64,000 nucleotides of DNA from an uncultured bacterium (GCA_963705505.1 CAVPJU010000006.1:256001-320000); one strand, 5' to 3'; positions 1-12,837 are shown, counted from the stretch's first letter. Notes: generated by a model not told the origin, from the sequence alone. Numbers and translations: made by a program.

Positions 1-963
1 TATTATCAGGATTTCGAGGAGAACGGGAAAAAATTTATCAGAAAAGGATTCATAGCCAGGGTAAAGCTCGAAGACTTTTCGACAAAGAAAATCCTGCCTC
101 ACGAAAGGACTTTCCCCAAACATAAACTTGACAGACTTAAGCTCAATTCCGCCTGCAGAGCCAATATGAGCCCCGTTTTCTCCGTTTATTCCGACGCCGA
201 GGGGGTTAGCGAGAAATTAATCGATGAGAAACTGCCGAAAAAGCCGATATTCGATGTCACGTACAGGGACGGTATAAGAAACAGACTATGGAAGATTTCA
301 GACCCTTCGGTAATCTCGTTCATAACCGAGCAGATGACCGACATGAGCTTCCTCATCGCCGACGGTCATCACAGGTATGAAACCGCACTTGAATACAGAA
401 ACATGCAGAGGGAAAAAAAGGACGGATCGGGAGAAGAGCCCTTCGATTACGTGATGATGTATATATCGAGGGCGGAAGGAGAAGGACTCATTATCAACCC
501 TACGCACAGGGTTATTAAGGATCTGGGTCAATACACGGCTGACGGGTTCATCGACAAGCTGGGGGGAGAATTCAAAGTGGAAAAAATGCCTTTTAAGCCG
601 GGAATCTCCGACATCGGCTACGAGGAATTTACAGTGGTCACGAAAGACCCCGAATCCGCCTACAGAATATCCTCGCCTAAAGCCGCCCAACCGAGGTACG
701 CAAGATTGGGGGTCATGCTCCTTCACAATATAGTATTTAAAACGATCCTGAACGAGGAAGAATCAGGCATATTTTATACGAAATACCTGGATGAGGCTCT
801 GGAGCTCGTGAGAAACGGGGATTATAAGCTTGCTTTCATCCTCCCCGAATTGAGGGCAAACGACATTTTCGAGGTTGTCCTCGCAGGTGAGAGGATGCCG
901 CATAAGACGACTTACTTTTACCCGAAAATTCTCTCGGGTCTGACATTTAATCCGCTCTGGTAA
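1..963 (+). CDS. DUF1015 family protein, 5'-truncated by the window edge
   Basis: Frame is open from base 1 (YYQDFEENGKKFIRKGFIARVKL...ILPHERT); contains IADGHHRYETA and MPHKTTYFYPK motifs typical of DUF1015. Confidence 0.85.
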   Translation, partial: YYQDFEENGKKFIRKGFIARVKLEDFSTKKILPHERTFPKHKLDRLKLNSACRANMSPVFSVYSDAEGVSEKLIDEKLPKKPIFDVTYRDGIRNRLWKISDPSVISFITEQMTDMSFLIADGHHRYETALEYRNMQREKKDGSGEEPFDYVMMYISRAEGEGLIINPTHRVIKDLGQYTADGFIDKLGGEFKVEKMPFKPGISDIGYEEFTVVTKDPESAYRISSPKAAQPRYARLGVMLLHNIVFKTILNEEESGIFYTKYLDEALELVRNGDYKLAFILPELRANDIFEVVLAGERMPHKTTYFYPKILSGLTFNPLW

Positions 964-1154
964 ACCGGGCCGTTTCGAGCACCGTGCACTATCCATAAAC
1001 CCCCGGGATAAAACCGGCACCTCTCCGGCCAATAAACCTGTTCAATTTAAAAATCCTTCGCCTCCGAATACAAATTGATTTATAATTTATCCGGCATTAA
1101 TAATTGTTCTGTAATATTTACTAACGAATCAGGCAAAAGCACAAGGAGGCAAAC

Positions 1155-1712
1155 ATGTCGGCATTGCTGATACTGCTCGTAATAATCGCTGTACTGATAT
1201 TAATGTTTGTGGGTATTTATAACGGGCTCGTAAAGCTGAGAAACACATCCGAGCAGGCGTGGTCCGACGTCGACGTGCAGCTAAAAAGGAGATACGACCT
1301 CGTTCCGAACCTGGTTGAAACCGTAAAAGGGTATGCTTCCCACGAAAAAGATACGTTCGAAAAAGTAGTGCAGGCCAGAAACCAGGCAATGCAGGCTACT
1401 TCGCCCGGGGACAAGGCTCAGGCGGAGAACTTTCTTCAATCCACTCTCAAGAGCCTCTTTGCGCTTGCCGAAGCCTATCCGGACCTAAAAGCGAACCAGA
1501 ACTTCATACAGCTCCAGACGGAGCTCTCCAATATAGAAGAGCAGATTCAGCTCGCCCGCCGCTACTATAACGCGGTGGTCAGGGATTTGAATACGAAGAT
1601 AGAATCGGTACCCAGCAATATAGTGGCAAATATGTTCAATTTCCAAAAAAAGGAGTTCTTCGAGCTAGAGTCAGCCGAGGAAAGAAAGGCTCCTCAGGTG
1701 AGCTTTAAATAG
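1155..1712 (+). CDS. lemA: LemA family protein
   Basis: N-terminal TM; AWSDVDVQLKRRYDLVPNLVETVKGYA, EAYPDLKANQNF and ARRYYN motifs; AAGGAGG SD. Confidence 0.93.
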   Translation: MSALLILLVIIAVLILMFVGIYNGLVKLRNTSEQAWSDVDVQLKRRYDLVPNLVETVKGYASHEKDTFEKVVQARNQAMQATSPGDKAQAENFLQSTLKSLFALAEAYPDLKANQNFIQLQTELSNIEEQIQLARRYYNAVVRDLNTKIESVPSNIVANMFNFQKKEFFELESAEERKAPQVSFK

Positions 1713-1745
1713 AAACACGCGCATCTGACACGAACATTGTTCCGT

Positions 1746-3443
1746 ATGAGTAGATTAACGCCGATAAAAATTTTAGTTTTATTCCTGTTGAGCTTTTCTT
1801 TTTCCCTGAATGCTCACTCAGAGGAAATCAAGAATTTTTACTCGGAAATATTCATCAACCGGGACGGAACGATAGACGTCAGGGAAGATATAGAATACGA
1901 CTTCCAGTACGCCGAGAGGCACGGTATATACAGAGACATCCCCTACAATTACGACTTCGGATATAAGAGGTACAGCATCAAGCTCGACGTGAAGGACGTC
2001 ACGGATTTTAACGGCAACCCCTATAGATACGACGTCAGCAGCTCGGAAGGAAGAATCCATATAAGGATCGGCGACCCGGATACGACGGTGACCGGCGTGC
2101 ACGGCTACAGGATCGAATACAAGGTGAGGGGAGCAATAGCCTTTTTCGAGGACCACGACGAACTGTACTGGAACGTAACGGGGGATGAATGGAGAGTCCC
2201 GATCATAAGAGCGAGCGCCAAGGTCTATCACGACGAGGGTGTGAGCGAGGGCGTAAAAGCCGAATGCTATACGGGTGCAAGCGGCTCTAAGAATCAGGAC
2301 TGCGACTACAAAATTACGCCGGGAGCCGTCGACTTTCAGGCGTCGGGCTCACTCTGGGCGGGCCAGGGACTCACGGTCGTAGTTGGGCTGCCCAAAGGGT
2401 TCATCGAAGAGCCCTCCTCCCTGACGAAAGCGATATGGTTCCTCTCCGACAACTGGTACTTCGGACTGCCTTTTATAACACTCTTCGTGATTGCTTATGT
2501 ATGGAGCACCAGGGGACGCGACCCTGAGGGAAAGGGCGTCATCACGGTAAGATATGAGCCGCCCAAAGATTTATCTCCCGCCGAAGCGGGAACTCTCGTC
2601 GATGAAAGGGCGGACATACTCGATATCACCTCCACCATAATCGACCTCGCAGTGAGGGGCTATCTCAGAATCGAAGAATTAGAGAGCACAAAATTTTTCT
2701 TCTTTTCGGACAGGGACTACAAGCTGTTTAAAATAAAAGAGCCTGCTCCGGGCGAGTTAAAGCCGCACGAGGAAAAGGTCTTATCCGGCATCTTCAAGGA
2801 CAAGGACAACGTATTGGTCTCGGACCTCAGGGAAAAATTCTACACTGAGCTGCCCTCTATAAAAAATGCGCTTTACAGTGAGCTAGTCGGCAAAAAATAT
2901 TTCCCTACGAACCCCGAAAGGGTCAAGGGCATATACAAGTGGGTCGGCATAATAGTACTGATAGTGTCATTCGTCCTTTTCAGCAATTTCTTACTGAAGC
3001 TCTCGATTGCGCTCTCGGGACTTATAATCCTCATATCATCGAGATACATGCCGAGAAAAACAAAAGAGGGGACTCTTATGAATGAAGAGCTCCTCGGCTT
3101 CAGGGAATTCATAGACAGGGCGGAGAAGGACAGGATAGAAGCGCTCGCAAAGAACGACCCGACTCTATTCGACAGGGTCCTCCCGTTCGCGCTCGTATTC
3201 GGACTCGCGGACAGGTGGGCCGGCGCGTTCCGGGACCTGTACAGGGAACCGCCGTCCTGGTACTCGTCACCACACTATGGAAGTAATTTTACACCGAGTC
3301 TCTTCGTTTCAGATCTCGGAAGAAGCCTGAGCGTGATGAACAGCTCTCTATCGTCGACTCCCAGAAAATCGGGCGGGAGCGGATTGGGAGGCGGCGGGTC
3401 GAGCGGAGGCGGATTCGGCGGAGGCGGAGGCGGATCCTGGTAA
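1746..3443 (+). CDS. DUF2207 domain membrane protein with Gly-rich C-terminus
   Basis: Signal peptide, HGIYRDIP, DELYWNVTG, LPFALVFG and GGGSSGGGFGGGGGGSW tail; usual lemA neighbour. Confidence 0.88.
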   Translation: MSRLTPIKILVLFLLSFSFSLNAHSEEIKNFYSEIFINRDGTIDVREDIEYDFQYAERHGIYRDIPYNYDFGYKRYSIKLDVKDVTDFNGNPYRYDVSSSEGRIHIRIGDPDTTVTGVHGYRIEYKVRGAIAFFEDHDELYWNVTGDEWRVPIIRASAKVYHDEGVSEGVKAECYTGASGSKNQDCDYKITPGAVDFQASGSLWAGQGLTVVVGLPKGFIEEPSSLTKAIWFLSDNWYFGLPFITLFVIAYVWSTRGRDPEGKGVITVRYEPPKDLSPAEAGTLVDERADILDITSTIIDLAVRGYLRIEELESTKFFFFSDRDYKLFKIKEPAPGELKPHEEKVLSGIFKDKDNVLVSDLREKFYTELPSIKNALYSELVGKKYFPTNPERVKGIYKWVGIIVLIVSFVLFSNFLLKLSIALSGLIILISSRYMPRKTKEGTLMNEELLGFREFIDRAEKDRIEALAKNDPTLFDRVLPFALVFGLADRWAGAFRDLYREPPSWYSSPHYGSNFTPSLFVSDLGRSLSVMNSSLSSTPRKSGGSGLGGGGSSGGGFGGGGGGSW

Positions 3444-3902
3444 TTGCCGCCGAGCCTGCGGAGACAGGACAATCCAAGACCTTCTTGCAGACTGACTGAG
3501 ATTTAACGATATCTTCCGGGTTTCGGCTTTATCCTTCTAACCCGTAAAGAGTCAGTATTCTAAAAATCATCAATGATAATAATTCATTACATGCACCTGC
3601 AAAGATACCTCCCATCTTGAATCGGAATGGCGTTATACTTATGCGTCATGTTTCGGATATCCGACATGACCGCAAATAACCGATTTAATAAGGGGTGAAC
3701 TGAAAATATAAAGGGAATAGACTTTAGCCGATAAAATGAATTCTGAAGCCGGGTGTGCGCTCAAATTCATATCAGCCGTATGATCAAGACCGCTAATAAG
3801 GGATGACAGGGACCTTGGCGGCGATTGAAACCATTCACCAGAACCACCCGGATATCGCACCGTTCAAAGTTTCTCTTCAGCACGCTAAAAGGAAGAAAGA
3901 GA

Positions 3903-6900
3903 ATGCAAGACAAGTCCAAGACCAGAAGAGAGTCTATAGAGGAACCGAAGGAAATAAAAAAACGGTCAGGCGCAGGCGGCAAAGTAATACACTCCTCCGG
4001 GATAAGCTCCCAATCGCAGTCCGACCAACAATCGTTATACGAATCTTTTTATGAATTCAGTCCGTTGATGTATTTCACTATCGATGATAAGGGAAAAGTC
4101 ACGGCTGTAAATTCTGTCGGTGCAGTACATCTCGGCTACTCCGAAGACGAGCTTATCGGATCGCCGGTCCAAAATGTGTTTTATCCGGAGGACAGGGATG
4201 ATGTCGAGCGGCAGCTCGAAACATGCATCAAGAACCCGACTGAGGCGCACAGGTGGGAGCTTCGTAAAGTTAAAAAGGACGGAAGCGTAATATGGGTCAG
4301 GGAAAATGCGAGGGCGACTTGCGGTGATGACGGGAAAACTTATATAAACATAGTCTGCGAAGACATTACAGAGCTGAAGCAGGCGGAGTTTTTGCTCAAT
4401 ACCGAAAAAAAGGTCTTCGAAGCGATCACACGGAACGCGACCATACCCGACATACTAACCCTCCTATGCCGGGAGATCGAGGGACAGGCATACGGCATGC
4501 TGTGTTCTTTTCTCTTACTGGATGAAGACAAAAAAACCCTGAGGCACGGGGCTGCGCCTAGCCTTCCGGATGGTTATATAAAAGGAATCGACGGAGTTGA
4601 AATCGGGCCATGCGTCGGGTCCTGCGGTACAGCCGCATATCTCAAAAAGCCCGTTATTACGAGGGATATTGAAACCGACCCGCTATGGGCAGACTACAAA
4701 AAATTGGCTTTGCGATACGGATTAAGAGCCTGCTGGTCCAACCCCATTATTTCCACCGATGAGAAAGTATTGGGAACATTCGCTATGTACTATAAGCACC
4801 CTCGTTCTCCCAACCCTTATGAAATCAAAGTTATAGAGACCGCGACTCACCTGGCACGGATTGCGATAGAGCGGATGTGCGCTCAGGAATTGGCAAGCCG
4901 ATTCGGGGAAATATTAGAGGAATCACTTAATGAGATTTATATCTTCGACGCCGGGACATATAAATTCGTGCAGGTCAACAAGGGCGCCAGAGTAAATCTC
5001 GGATACACGATGGAAGAGTTGCAGGAAATGACTCCGCTCGACATAAATCCCGAGTTTACATCAGATTTCTTCATGAAACTGGAGACCCTCATGTCGGGCG
5101 ACAGGGACAAAACGAGATTCCTCGGCATACTCCGGCGAAAAGACGGCTCGACGTATCCGGTCGAGGCATACCTTCAAATATCCAGCTTTAAGGGAAAAAA
5201 GGCATTCGTTTCCAATGTAATCGATATAACGGAGCTTAAAAAGACAGAAGACGAGCTGAAAGAAAATGTCGAGCAGCTGTCTAAAAAGAACAGGTACGAA
5301 TCGATTATAAGGGCTGTAACGGAGAGCGTCCATCAATCGCTCGATTTGCAGGAAGTTTTTGAGAACGCGGTTGACGCCCTTAATAAGAACGTCGAAGGGG
5401 CAACGCATGTTGTGATTTTCATGGTGGAAGGGAACGAGGCCGTAATGAAAGCCGCCAGGGGACACGCGGATTGGTATTTAGAGCGTGTTAAAAGAATTCC
5501 ATATCCTAGAGGGGCCACGTGGAAAACAATTTTAGAAGAAAAACCCAGATATGTTCCCGACACCGAGAGGACGATGAAACTTTAGGTCCTGCGGGAAAAG
5601 AGTTCGGCACGAAGAGCTATTTGTCCATGCCTATCCAGTCCGAGGAGAAGACCATCGGCTGCATCCATATTCATTCTCAGGAAAAAAACAGGTTCTGCGG
5701 CGAGGACCTCGACATGCTCCAGATTGTGGCCAGGCAGCTGGAATCAGCCATTAAGAACGCAAAACAAGCCGAGGCGCTGAAAAAGTCCGAGGAAGACATT
5801 AAACAAAAATTAGGGGAACTATCCAGGAAAAAAAGATACGAAGAAATAATAGGCACCATCACAAGGAGCGTTCACAGCTCTATAGATATACAGGAAGTCC
5901 TCGAAAACGCAGTAGACGCCATGAACAAGAATCTGGAAAGCGCCGACTATGTCGCAATTTACTTTATCGAAGGAAATGTAGCTGCACTTAAAGCTTACCG
6001 GGGTTACCCGGACTTATTTGTCAGACTGGCGAATAGAATTCCATACCCGAAAGGTTTTACTTGGAAAGCACTCAAGGAGGAGAAACTGCTTTATTGTCAA
6101 GATGCGGAAACTGATGACGTTATAGGTCCGGCAGGAAAAGAAGTTGGCACTAAGAGCTATGCTTCAATGCCTATAAAGTATGACGGTAAGACCATCGGCT
6201 GCATAAATATAAATTCTCTCAGGAAGAATGCATTCGACAAGGACGAGCTCGACCTCCTTGAAATCATCGCTGCCCAGATAGAGATCGCAGTCAATAATGC
6301 ACGGCAGGCAGAGGCTCTTAAAGAATCCGAAGAAAGATATAGAACGCTGTTTGAACAAACACCGGTCGGTGTTTATACCTATGATAAAAATCTGATCATT
6401 ACCAACGCCAACGAACGGCATGCGGAGATAATGCACTCATCACGCGATAAGATAATCGGCCTCGATATAAATGAATTGAAAGACAAGTCATTTAACTACG
6501 TTCATGAAAACGCGGTCCGGGGGCATATATCCAGCCATGAGGGTTATTACGAATCAACTACAGGAGGCGTTGAGAATTATCTGCTCGTGTCCGCGGCGCC
6601 GCTGAGGGACGCCCAGGGCAATATAGTGGGCGGCATGTCGGTAGTGAAAGATATTACCGAGCGCAAGAAAGCCGAAGAGGCTCTCAGCAATTCCCGGAAA
6701 CGCTACGAAGTACTCGTTAACTCGATCGAGGGTATAGTCTGGGAAGCCGAGCCCGACACTCTGAAAACAAACTTCGTAAGTAAAAAAATCGAGGACGTCC
6801 TCGGCTATCCCGCCGAAGCCTGGACAAGCAATCCGAGCTTCTGGGTCGAGAAGCTCCACCCGGACGACCGGGACTGGGTCACAAATTATTGCCTGAATGA

Positions 6901-8584
6901 ATCCGCCCGGAAACGGGACCATAAAATGGAGTACAGGATGATAGCCGCTGACGGGCGGACGGTCTGGGTAAGAGATATCGTATCCGTCGCGATAGAGAAC
7001 GGGGAGACGGTCGGACTAAGGGGCCTCATGGTCGACATAACCGATCTTAAAAATGCCGAGGATATGCTGAAAGAAAGCGCAAACAGGTACCGCACACTGG
7101 TTGAGAATATAAATGATCTGATCGTAGAAACTAGCTCCGACGGCAGGTTCATTTACCTTAGCCCCAAGCACGAAGAAATCCTGGGATACAAGCCGGAAGA
7201 GCTTATGGGCAGGAATATTTTCGAAAACATACATACGGACGATCTTCCGCTGGCAGCAAAAGAGTTCGAGAGAGTCCTCACCCAGCAAACACCGGGTAAA
7301 GCGATCTTCAGGTATAGACATAAAAACGGAAACTGGCGATGGTTTGAGAGTACGGGTCAGACAGTCGAGACTGCGGCCGGGGAGCTTAGATGCGTGATAG
7401 TTTCCAGGGACATAACCGACCGGAAGAGATTCGAGGACGAACTTTTCAAAGCCGAGAAACTCGAGTCCCTGGGTGTCCTCGCCGGAGGAATCGCACACGA
7501 TTTCAATAACCTCCTTACAGTAATTCTCGGCAACATCTCTGTCTCAATGATGAACCTTAACACCAAGGACAAGATTTATGGGAGACTTGCCGAGGCCGAG
7601 ACCGCAACGTTCAGGGCCAGGGACCTTACCTCACAACTCCTTACATTCTCCAAGGGCGGAGCACCTGTAAAGGAATTCGTGCAATCCTTGGACGAACTCA
7701 TAATGGACACCGCCAATTTCGTCGTCAGCGGATCAAAAGTGAAGTGTCAATTCGATATAGAAAGCGGCCTATGGCCCGCGGAAGTGGACGGGGGACAGAT
7801 AAGCCAGGTGATACATAACCTCATCATCAATTCGGACCAGGCGATGCCCGACGGCGGAATTGTTAAAATCTCAGCCAAGAACACCGAATTGGATAAAAAC
7901 AACGAACTTAACATTAAAGAGGGCAAATATCTTAAGATAACTATAGAGGACACCGGAATAGGAATGACCGCGGAGCTTATAGAAAAGATATTCGACCCTT
8001 ATTTTACAACAAAACAGAGGGGGAGCGGCCTGGGGCTCGCGACCGTCTACTCGATCGTCAAAAACCACGACGGCCATATCGAGGTCTCCTCGAATATTGG
8101 GTCGGGCACCAGGTTCGATATCTATCTGCCTGCGGCAAAGGGGAAACCGAGGGGTAACGTCTACGGCCAGGAGCTGCACAGGGGGAACGGGAGAATACTT
8201 ATAATGGATGACGATCTGATGGTGAGGGAAGTCGTAGGTGAAATGATAAGCCATCTCGGATATGAGGTCGAGTGCGCCTCAGACGGGCGCGAAGCTATAG
8301 AAAAATATACTAAGGCGATGGAAGAAGGAGAGCCCTTCGACGCGGTAGTGATCGATCTCACCGTGCCCGGAGGGATGGGAGGACAAGAGGCTCAAACGAT
8401 ACTGATGGAAATAGATCCGGCAGTTAAGACAATAGTGTCGAGCGGTTATTCTAACGACCCCGTGATGTCAAAATTCGAAGAATATGGGTTCAAGGGCGTG
8501 GTAACAAAACCTTATAACATCGAAGTATTGAGCAAAGCCATCCATGGTGTCCTGAACGATACGGGCAATACTAATAATCATTAA
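3903..8584 (+). CDS. Large hybrid sensor histidine kinase (PAS-GAF-PAS-GAF-GAF-PAS-PAS-PAS-HisKA-HATPase-REC), split by a 1-nt frameshift near 5570
   Basis: ORFs 3825-5585 and 5519-8584 join into one GAF repeat if one G is added at gagaggacgat (YVPDTER-DDETLGPAGKE); LAGGIAHDFNNLL H-box, PYFTTK/GSGLGL, REC with MDDD, IDLTVP and KP. Confidence 0.85.
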
Positions 8585-8754
8585 CAAAAACTCAACAAAA
8601 TCATAGTAAAAATGTAATTTAACCGGCAGCTTCCGTAGCCAAAATCAACGACACGGCTTCGACTGCGAATTCCCGAGCCCAAGTTGAATATAATCACTTT
8701 TCCTATATACTACGTTCTTTCCCGCGATCTCGGGCTATATTTCAGCACAATCAC

Positions 8755-10548
8755 ATGGAATCCAAATATATAAGGAATTTTTCTATAATCGCCCATGTAG
8801 ACCACGGTAAGTCCACGCTTGCCGACAGACTGCTTGAGTTCACGGGGACCCTCAGCGAAAGGGACAGGACCGAGCAGTTCCTCGACAACATGGAGATCGA
8901 AAGGGAAAGGGGCATAACGATAAAAGCCCAGGCGGTAAGGATTTATTATAACGCCGACGACGGACAGAGATATGAATTCAACCTCATAGACACCCCGGGG
9001 CACGTTGATTTCAGCTACGAAGTCTCGAGAAGCCTCATGGCGTGCGAGGGAGCCCTTCTCGTCGTCGACGCCTCGCAGGGCGTGGAGGCGCAAACCGTTG
9101 CAAACGCGTACCTGGCTTCCGATTCGGGACTCGAGCTCATCCCGGTAATAAATAAAATAGACCTGCCTGCCTCCGACCCGGAAAGGGTGAGGACGGAAAT
9201 CGAGGAAGTAATCGGCATAAGCGCTGAAGAAGCAATACTCGCCAGCGCAAAAGAGGGCATCGGGACAAAGGATATACTGGAATCCATAGTAAAGAATATC
9301 CCCCCGCCCCCCGACAAGTCGCATCTCCCGCTTAACGCCCTGATCTTCGACAGCTGGTTCGACTCCTATCAGGGTGTTGTAATGCTGATAAGGGTATTCG
9401 AGGGAAAGATAAAGCTCGGTGAGCGGATCAGGTTTATGTCCACCGGCAGAGCGTTCGAGATAAAAAAAATCGGCGTCTTCTCACCGCGGGCGATAGAAGT
9501 GGAGGAGCTCGGGACCGGAGAGGTGGGATTCGTATCGGCATCTATAAAAGACATAAGCGAGGCTAAGGTCGGAGATACAATTACAAGCGATTCAAACCCG
9601 ACGCAGACGCCTCTCGCCGGCTTTCGCGTGATGAAGCCCATGGTATTCAGCGGTCTCTATCCCATTGAACCCAGTGACTATGACAGGCTCAGGGAAGCGC
9701 TGGAAAAATTGGGATTGAACGACTCATCCCTCGTATATGAGCCCGAGACATCCGTAGCGCTCGGATTCGGTTTCCGCTGCGGATTCCTGGGCCTCCTCCA
9801 CATGGAGATCGTGAAGGAAAGACTCGAGCGGGAGTTCGAGCTCGAGCTCATAACGACCGCGCCGACGGTAATCTACAGGGCAACCAACAAGAAGAGAGAG
9901 GTTTTTTACGTTAATAATCCGAGCGAGCTGCCCACACCCGACAGGCTGGAGATGGTCGAAGAACCCTATGTCCTGGTTTCTCTGCATACGCCCGGGACTT
10001 ACCTCGGAGCGATTTTCGACCTCTGCATTAAAAAGCGGGGGATTCAACGCGATATCAAATACGTAACGCAGGACAGGGTGATAGTGGAATACGAGATTCC
10101 GCTCTCCGAAATTGTATTCGACTTCTATGACAAACTGAAATCCGTTTCCAGGGGATACGCCTCGATGGACTACGATCCCATAGGATACAAGCCATCTGAC
10201 CTTATAAAATTAGACGTGCTCGTAAACGGCGACTCCGTTGACGCGCTTTCGATTATCGTGCATAAGGAAAAAGCGTACGAACGTGCGAGAGACCTAATAG
10301 CAAAACTCAGGTCTCTCATTCCCCGTCAGCTCTATGAAGTAGTGATCCAGGCAGCGATCGGGAACAGGATCATTGCCCGCGAGTCCGTAAAAGCTCTCAG
10401 GAAGGACGTAACAGCCAAATGCTACGGCGGCGACGTGACGAGGAAGAGAAAACTTCTCGAAAAGCAGAAGGAAGGTAAAAAGCGTCTTAAGCAGATAGGC
10501 AAGATCGAAATACCCCAGGAAGCTTTTCTAGCCGTATTGAAAACCTAG
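8755..10548 (+). CDS. lepA: Elongation factor 4
   Basis: [60 protein letters not shown]. Confidence 0.98.
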   Translation: MESKYIRNFSIIAHVDHGKSTLADRLLEFTGTLSERDRTEQFLDNMEIERERGITIKAQAVRIYYNADDGQRYEFNLIDTPGHVDFSYEVSRSLMACEGALLVVDASQGVEAQTVANAYLASDSGLELIPVINKIDLPASDPERVRTEIEEVIGISAEEAILASAKEGIGTKDILESIVKNIPPPPDKSHLPLNALIFDSWFDSYQGVVMLIRVFEGKIKLGERIRFMSTGRAFEIKKIGVFSPRAIEVEELGTGEVGFVSASIKDISEAKVGDTITSDSNPTQTPLAGFRVMKPMVFSGLYPIEPSDYDRLREALEKLGLNDSSLVYEPETSVALGFGFRCGFLGLLHMEIVKERLEREFELELITTAPTVIYRATNKKREVFYVNNPSELPTPDRLEMVEEPYVLVSLHTPGTYLGAIFDLCIKKRGIQRDIKYVTQDRVIVEYEIPLSEIVFDFYDKLKSVSRGYASMDYDPIGYKPSDLIKLDVLVNGDSVDALSIIVHKEKAYERARDLIAKLRSLIPRQLYEVVIQAAIGNRIIARESVKALRKDVTAKCYGGDVTRKRKLLEKQKEGKKRLKQIGKIEIPQEAFLAVLKT

Positions 10549-10584
10549 AAATATCTTACCGGACTCATTCTTCAGAGATCACAG

Positions 10585-12279
10585 TCACTTCTTATTAGCC
10601 GACATCATCATCTCGGTAATCGCGTAGGTCGCTCCGCTCACGGCCTCGGGGTCTGTGACGACGTTTATGAGCGCAGGCACGCCTGAAGAAAAAGCCCTCT
10701 CGATCGCCCCTTCGAGTTTTTTCGGGTTATCGACTAACTCCCCGTAGCCGCCGAGCGCCTTCAGTACCTCGTGAAAAGGAATGAAGCCGAGCTCCACCCC
10801 CTGAACCGTACGGCCCTTCCCGTACGTTATCTCAATCTGATGCCTGGTCATCCCCCATGCGCTGTCGTTGCACACGACGGCCACGAACGGTATCTTGTGC
10901 CTTATCGCCGTCTCGAATTCCATAAAGTTCATCCCCATGGCTCCGTCGCCGCTTATGAGCGCCACCTGCTTGTCGGGTCTCGCCACTTTCGCTCCTACCG
11001 CGAACGGGACGCCTACCCCCATACATCCGAGCGGCCCCCCTTTGACATAATGCCCGGGCCTTCTCACTCTGTAATTGCCGTCGGTCCATGCCTGCGTGTC
11101 GCCGCCGTCTATGACGAGTATGCCCTCTTCTCCGGCCACGTCCTCGACAGCTTTAGCCACCCTGACAGGATGGATAGGGGTTTTCGATGACTTCCTTAAT
11201 TTCCCGGCGTCCTCCCATTTTTCGAGACGCAGTCCGGACGCCTTCCTGAGCCATTTCGAGTAATCGAGCCCGACCGAGTTTTCTTCCACGTAATCCGTGA
11301 GCTGCGATAATACCGTTCCCGCGTCCCCCGCAATCCCAAGATCGGCGGGCCTGTTCCTTCCTATCTCGCCCGGGTCGATGTCTATCTGGACAATTTTCGC
11401 GTCGGGATTGAATGTCCTCCCGAAGCCGATGTATATGCTAAGCCTCACGCCGAGTAGGAGAATGAGATCGGCTTCGCGCGTGATTTCCTTAAACGCGTTC
11501 GGGGCCGAAGGACTGGCCGCGCCCAGGCAAGCGGGATGGTCATCCGATATAATCCCGCGTCCGAAGTTGAGCGTGTATACGGGCATGCGCACTCTCTCTA
11601 TAAACCTCAGAAGCTCTTTATCGGCTCCCGAATACCAGGCCCCGCTGCCTGCGACCGCAACGGGCTTTTTTGAACGGGTCAGGATATCTGCCAATTTTGC
11701 TATCGACTCTCTTGAGGCTCCTGTTTTATAAAAAGGTATATCGGTGTTATAGGCGGAAACCTGATTTTCCTCGCAGCCCGGATAGAGGACCTCGTAGGAC
11801 ATGCCGAGGTAAACGGGACCCGGCCTTCCGGTGAGTGTTTTTTTATATGCCGACGCTATGTATTCGGGGATGCGCCTGGTATCGAATACGGTCCTCGACC
11901 ACTTCGTCACGGAGGCCGCCATTCCCTGCTGGTCAATCTCCTGAAGCGAGAGCCTGTCGTTCTCTTCGACCCCCGACCGTCCCGAAATAACCATGAGAGG
12001 GGAATTCGCGAGGTATGCACCGGCTATTCCCGTTATAGTGTTAGTAAACCCGGGCCCGGCGGTGACAATGCATACTCCCGGCTGCCTTTTCACCCTGCCG
12101 TAGGCATCCGCAGCCATGGAGGCCCCTTGTTCGTGATGCGTGTCTATTATCCTTATGCCGAAATCCGTGCATGCGTTATATATCGGGTTTATGTGCCCGC
12201 CGCCCAGGGAGAATATCTCCCTCACGCCGAGCTCATAAAGGGTTTTCGCCACAAGCCGTCCTCCCTCCACAGTCGCCAT
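10585..12279 (-). CDS. Thiamine pyrophosphate-dependent enzyme (acetolactate synthase-like / 2-hydroxyacyl-CoA lyase / benzaldehyde lyase group)
   Basis: HHEQGA catalytic Glu, TAGPGFTN, GDG...ND TPP-binding motif, GCMGVG. Confidence 0.85.
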   Translation of the reverse strand: MATVEGGRLVAKTLYELGVREIFSLGGGHINPIYNACTDFGIRIIDTHHEQGASMAADAYGRVKRQPGVCIVTAGPGFTNTITGIAGAYLANSPLMVISGRSGVEENDRLSLQEIDQQGMAASVTKWSRTVFDTRRIPEYIASAYKKTLTGRPGPVYLGMSYEVLYPGCEENQVSAYNTDIPFYKTGASRESIAKLADILTRSKKPVAVAGSGAWYSGADKELLRFIERVRMPVYTLNFGRGIISDDHPACLGAASPSAPNAFKEITREADLILLLGVRLSIYIGFGRTFNPDAKIVQIDIDPGEIGRNRPADLGIAGDAGTVLSQLTDYVEENSVGLDYSKWLRKASGLRLEKWEDAGKLRKSSKTPIHPVRVAKAVEDVAGEEGILVIDGGDTQAWTDGNYRVRRPGHYVKGGPLGCMGVGVPFAVGAKVARPDKQVALISGDGAMGMNFMEFETAIRHKIPFVAVVCNDSAWGMTRHQIEITYGKGRTVQGVELGFIPFHEVLKALGGYGELVDNPKKLEGAIERAFSSGVPALINVVTDPEAVSGATYAITEMMMSANKK

Positions 12280-12444
12280 CGTATTCCCTCCCGTCTTTCA
12301 GTACTAAATACTTTTACACTTTTAAAATTCCAAATCAACTAAATCCGCAAGTGAATGTAAAATTAAACGGAGTCCGGTGAGGACTGTCGGTTTTAAAAAT
12401 AATTTGTGTTAGAATAGACCTTTGAAAAATAAGGAGGCAGAAAC

Positions 12445-12837
12445 ATGACAGATCAGGAGCAGCCGCAGGGCGGAGCACAGCAGGGCGAATTCGGCAATAT
12501 AGCGAGTTCGATATTAATGGCTTTTAACCTGGGAGTTTCCTATAACCAGCAGACGGGCGGGATAAAGAGCACGATGGAAGCCGTCGGGGAGCTCGGAAAC
12601 ACGATTTATACCAACCTTGCACAGGCTTACGGAACCCGGTTCCAGGACGATTTCCTGAGAGCCAATACCGAATATTTCCTTCAAATTGCCCTCCTCGGAT
12701 ACATAATACCCTCCGTATGCGCTTACGATGAGGAGTTCAAGAACAGGCTTTTGGATTTAATAGAAATGAGGGCTTTGAAGACGCAGCAGCAAATGTCTTC
12801 CCAGAGCAATCCCGGGGGAAGCATAATAACCCCTTAA
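12445..12837 (+). CDS. Hypothetical protein (130 aa)
   Basis: Strong AAGGAGG SD; directly precedes the nitrilase; no recognised family. Confidence 0.75.
   Translation: MTDQEQPQGGAQQGEFGNIASSILMAFNLGVSYNQQTGGIKSTMEAVGELGNTIYTNLAQAYGTRFQDDFLRANTEYFLQIALLGYIIPSVCAYDEEFKNRLLDLIEMRALKTQQQMSSQSNPGGSIITP

Noticed and set aside
3370..3443. GGC-rich tandem repeat
   Set aside because: It encodes the normal Gly-rich tail of DUF2207 proteins
5519..5585. Programmed frameshift in the kinase
   Set aside because: No slippery heptamer at the junction; a single missing G in a short run explains it and similar indels occur elsewhere
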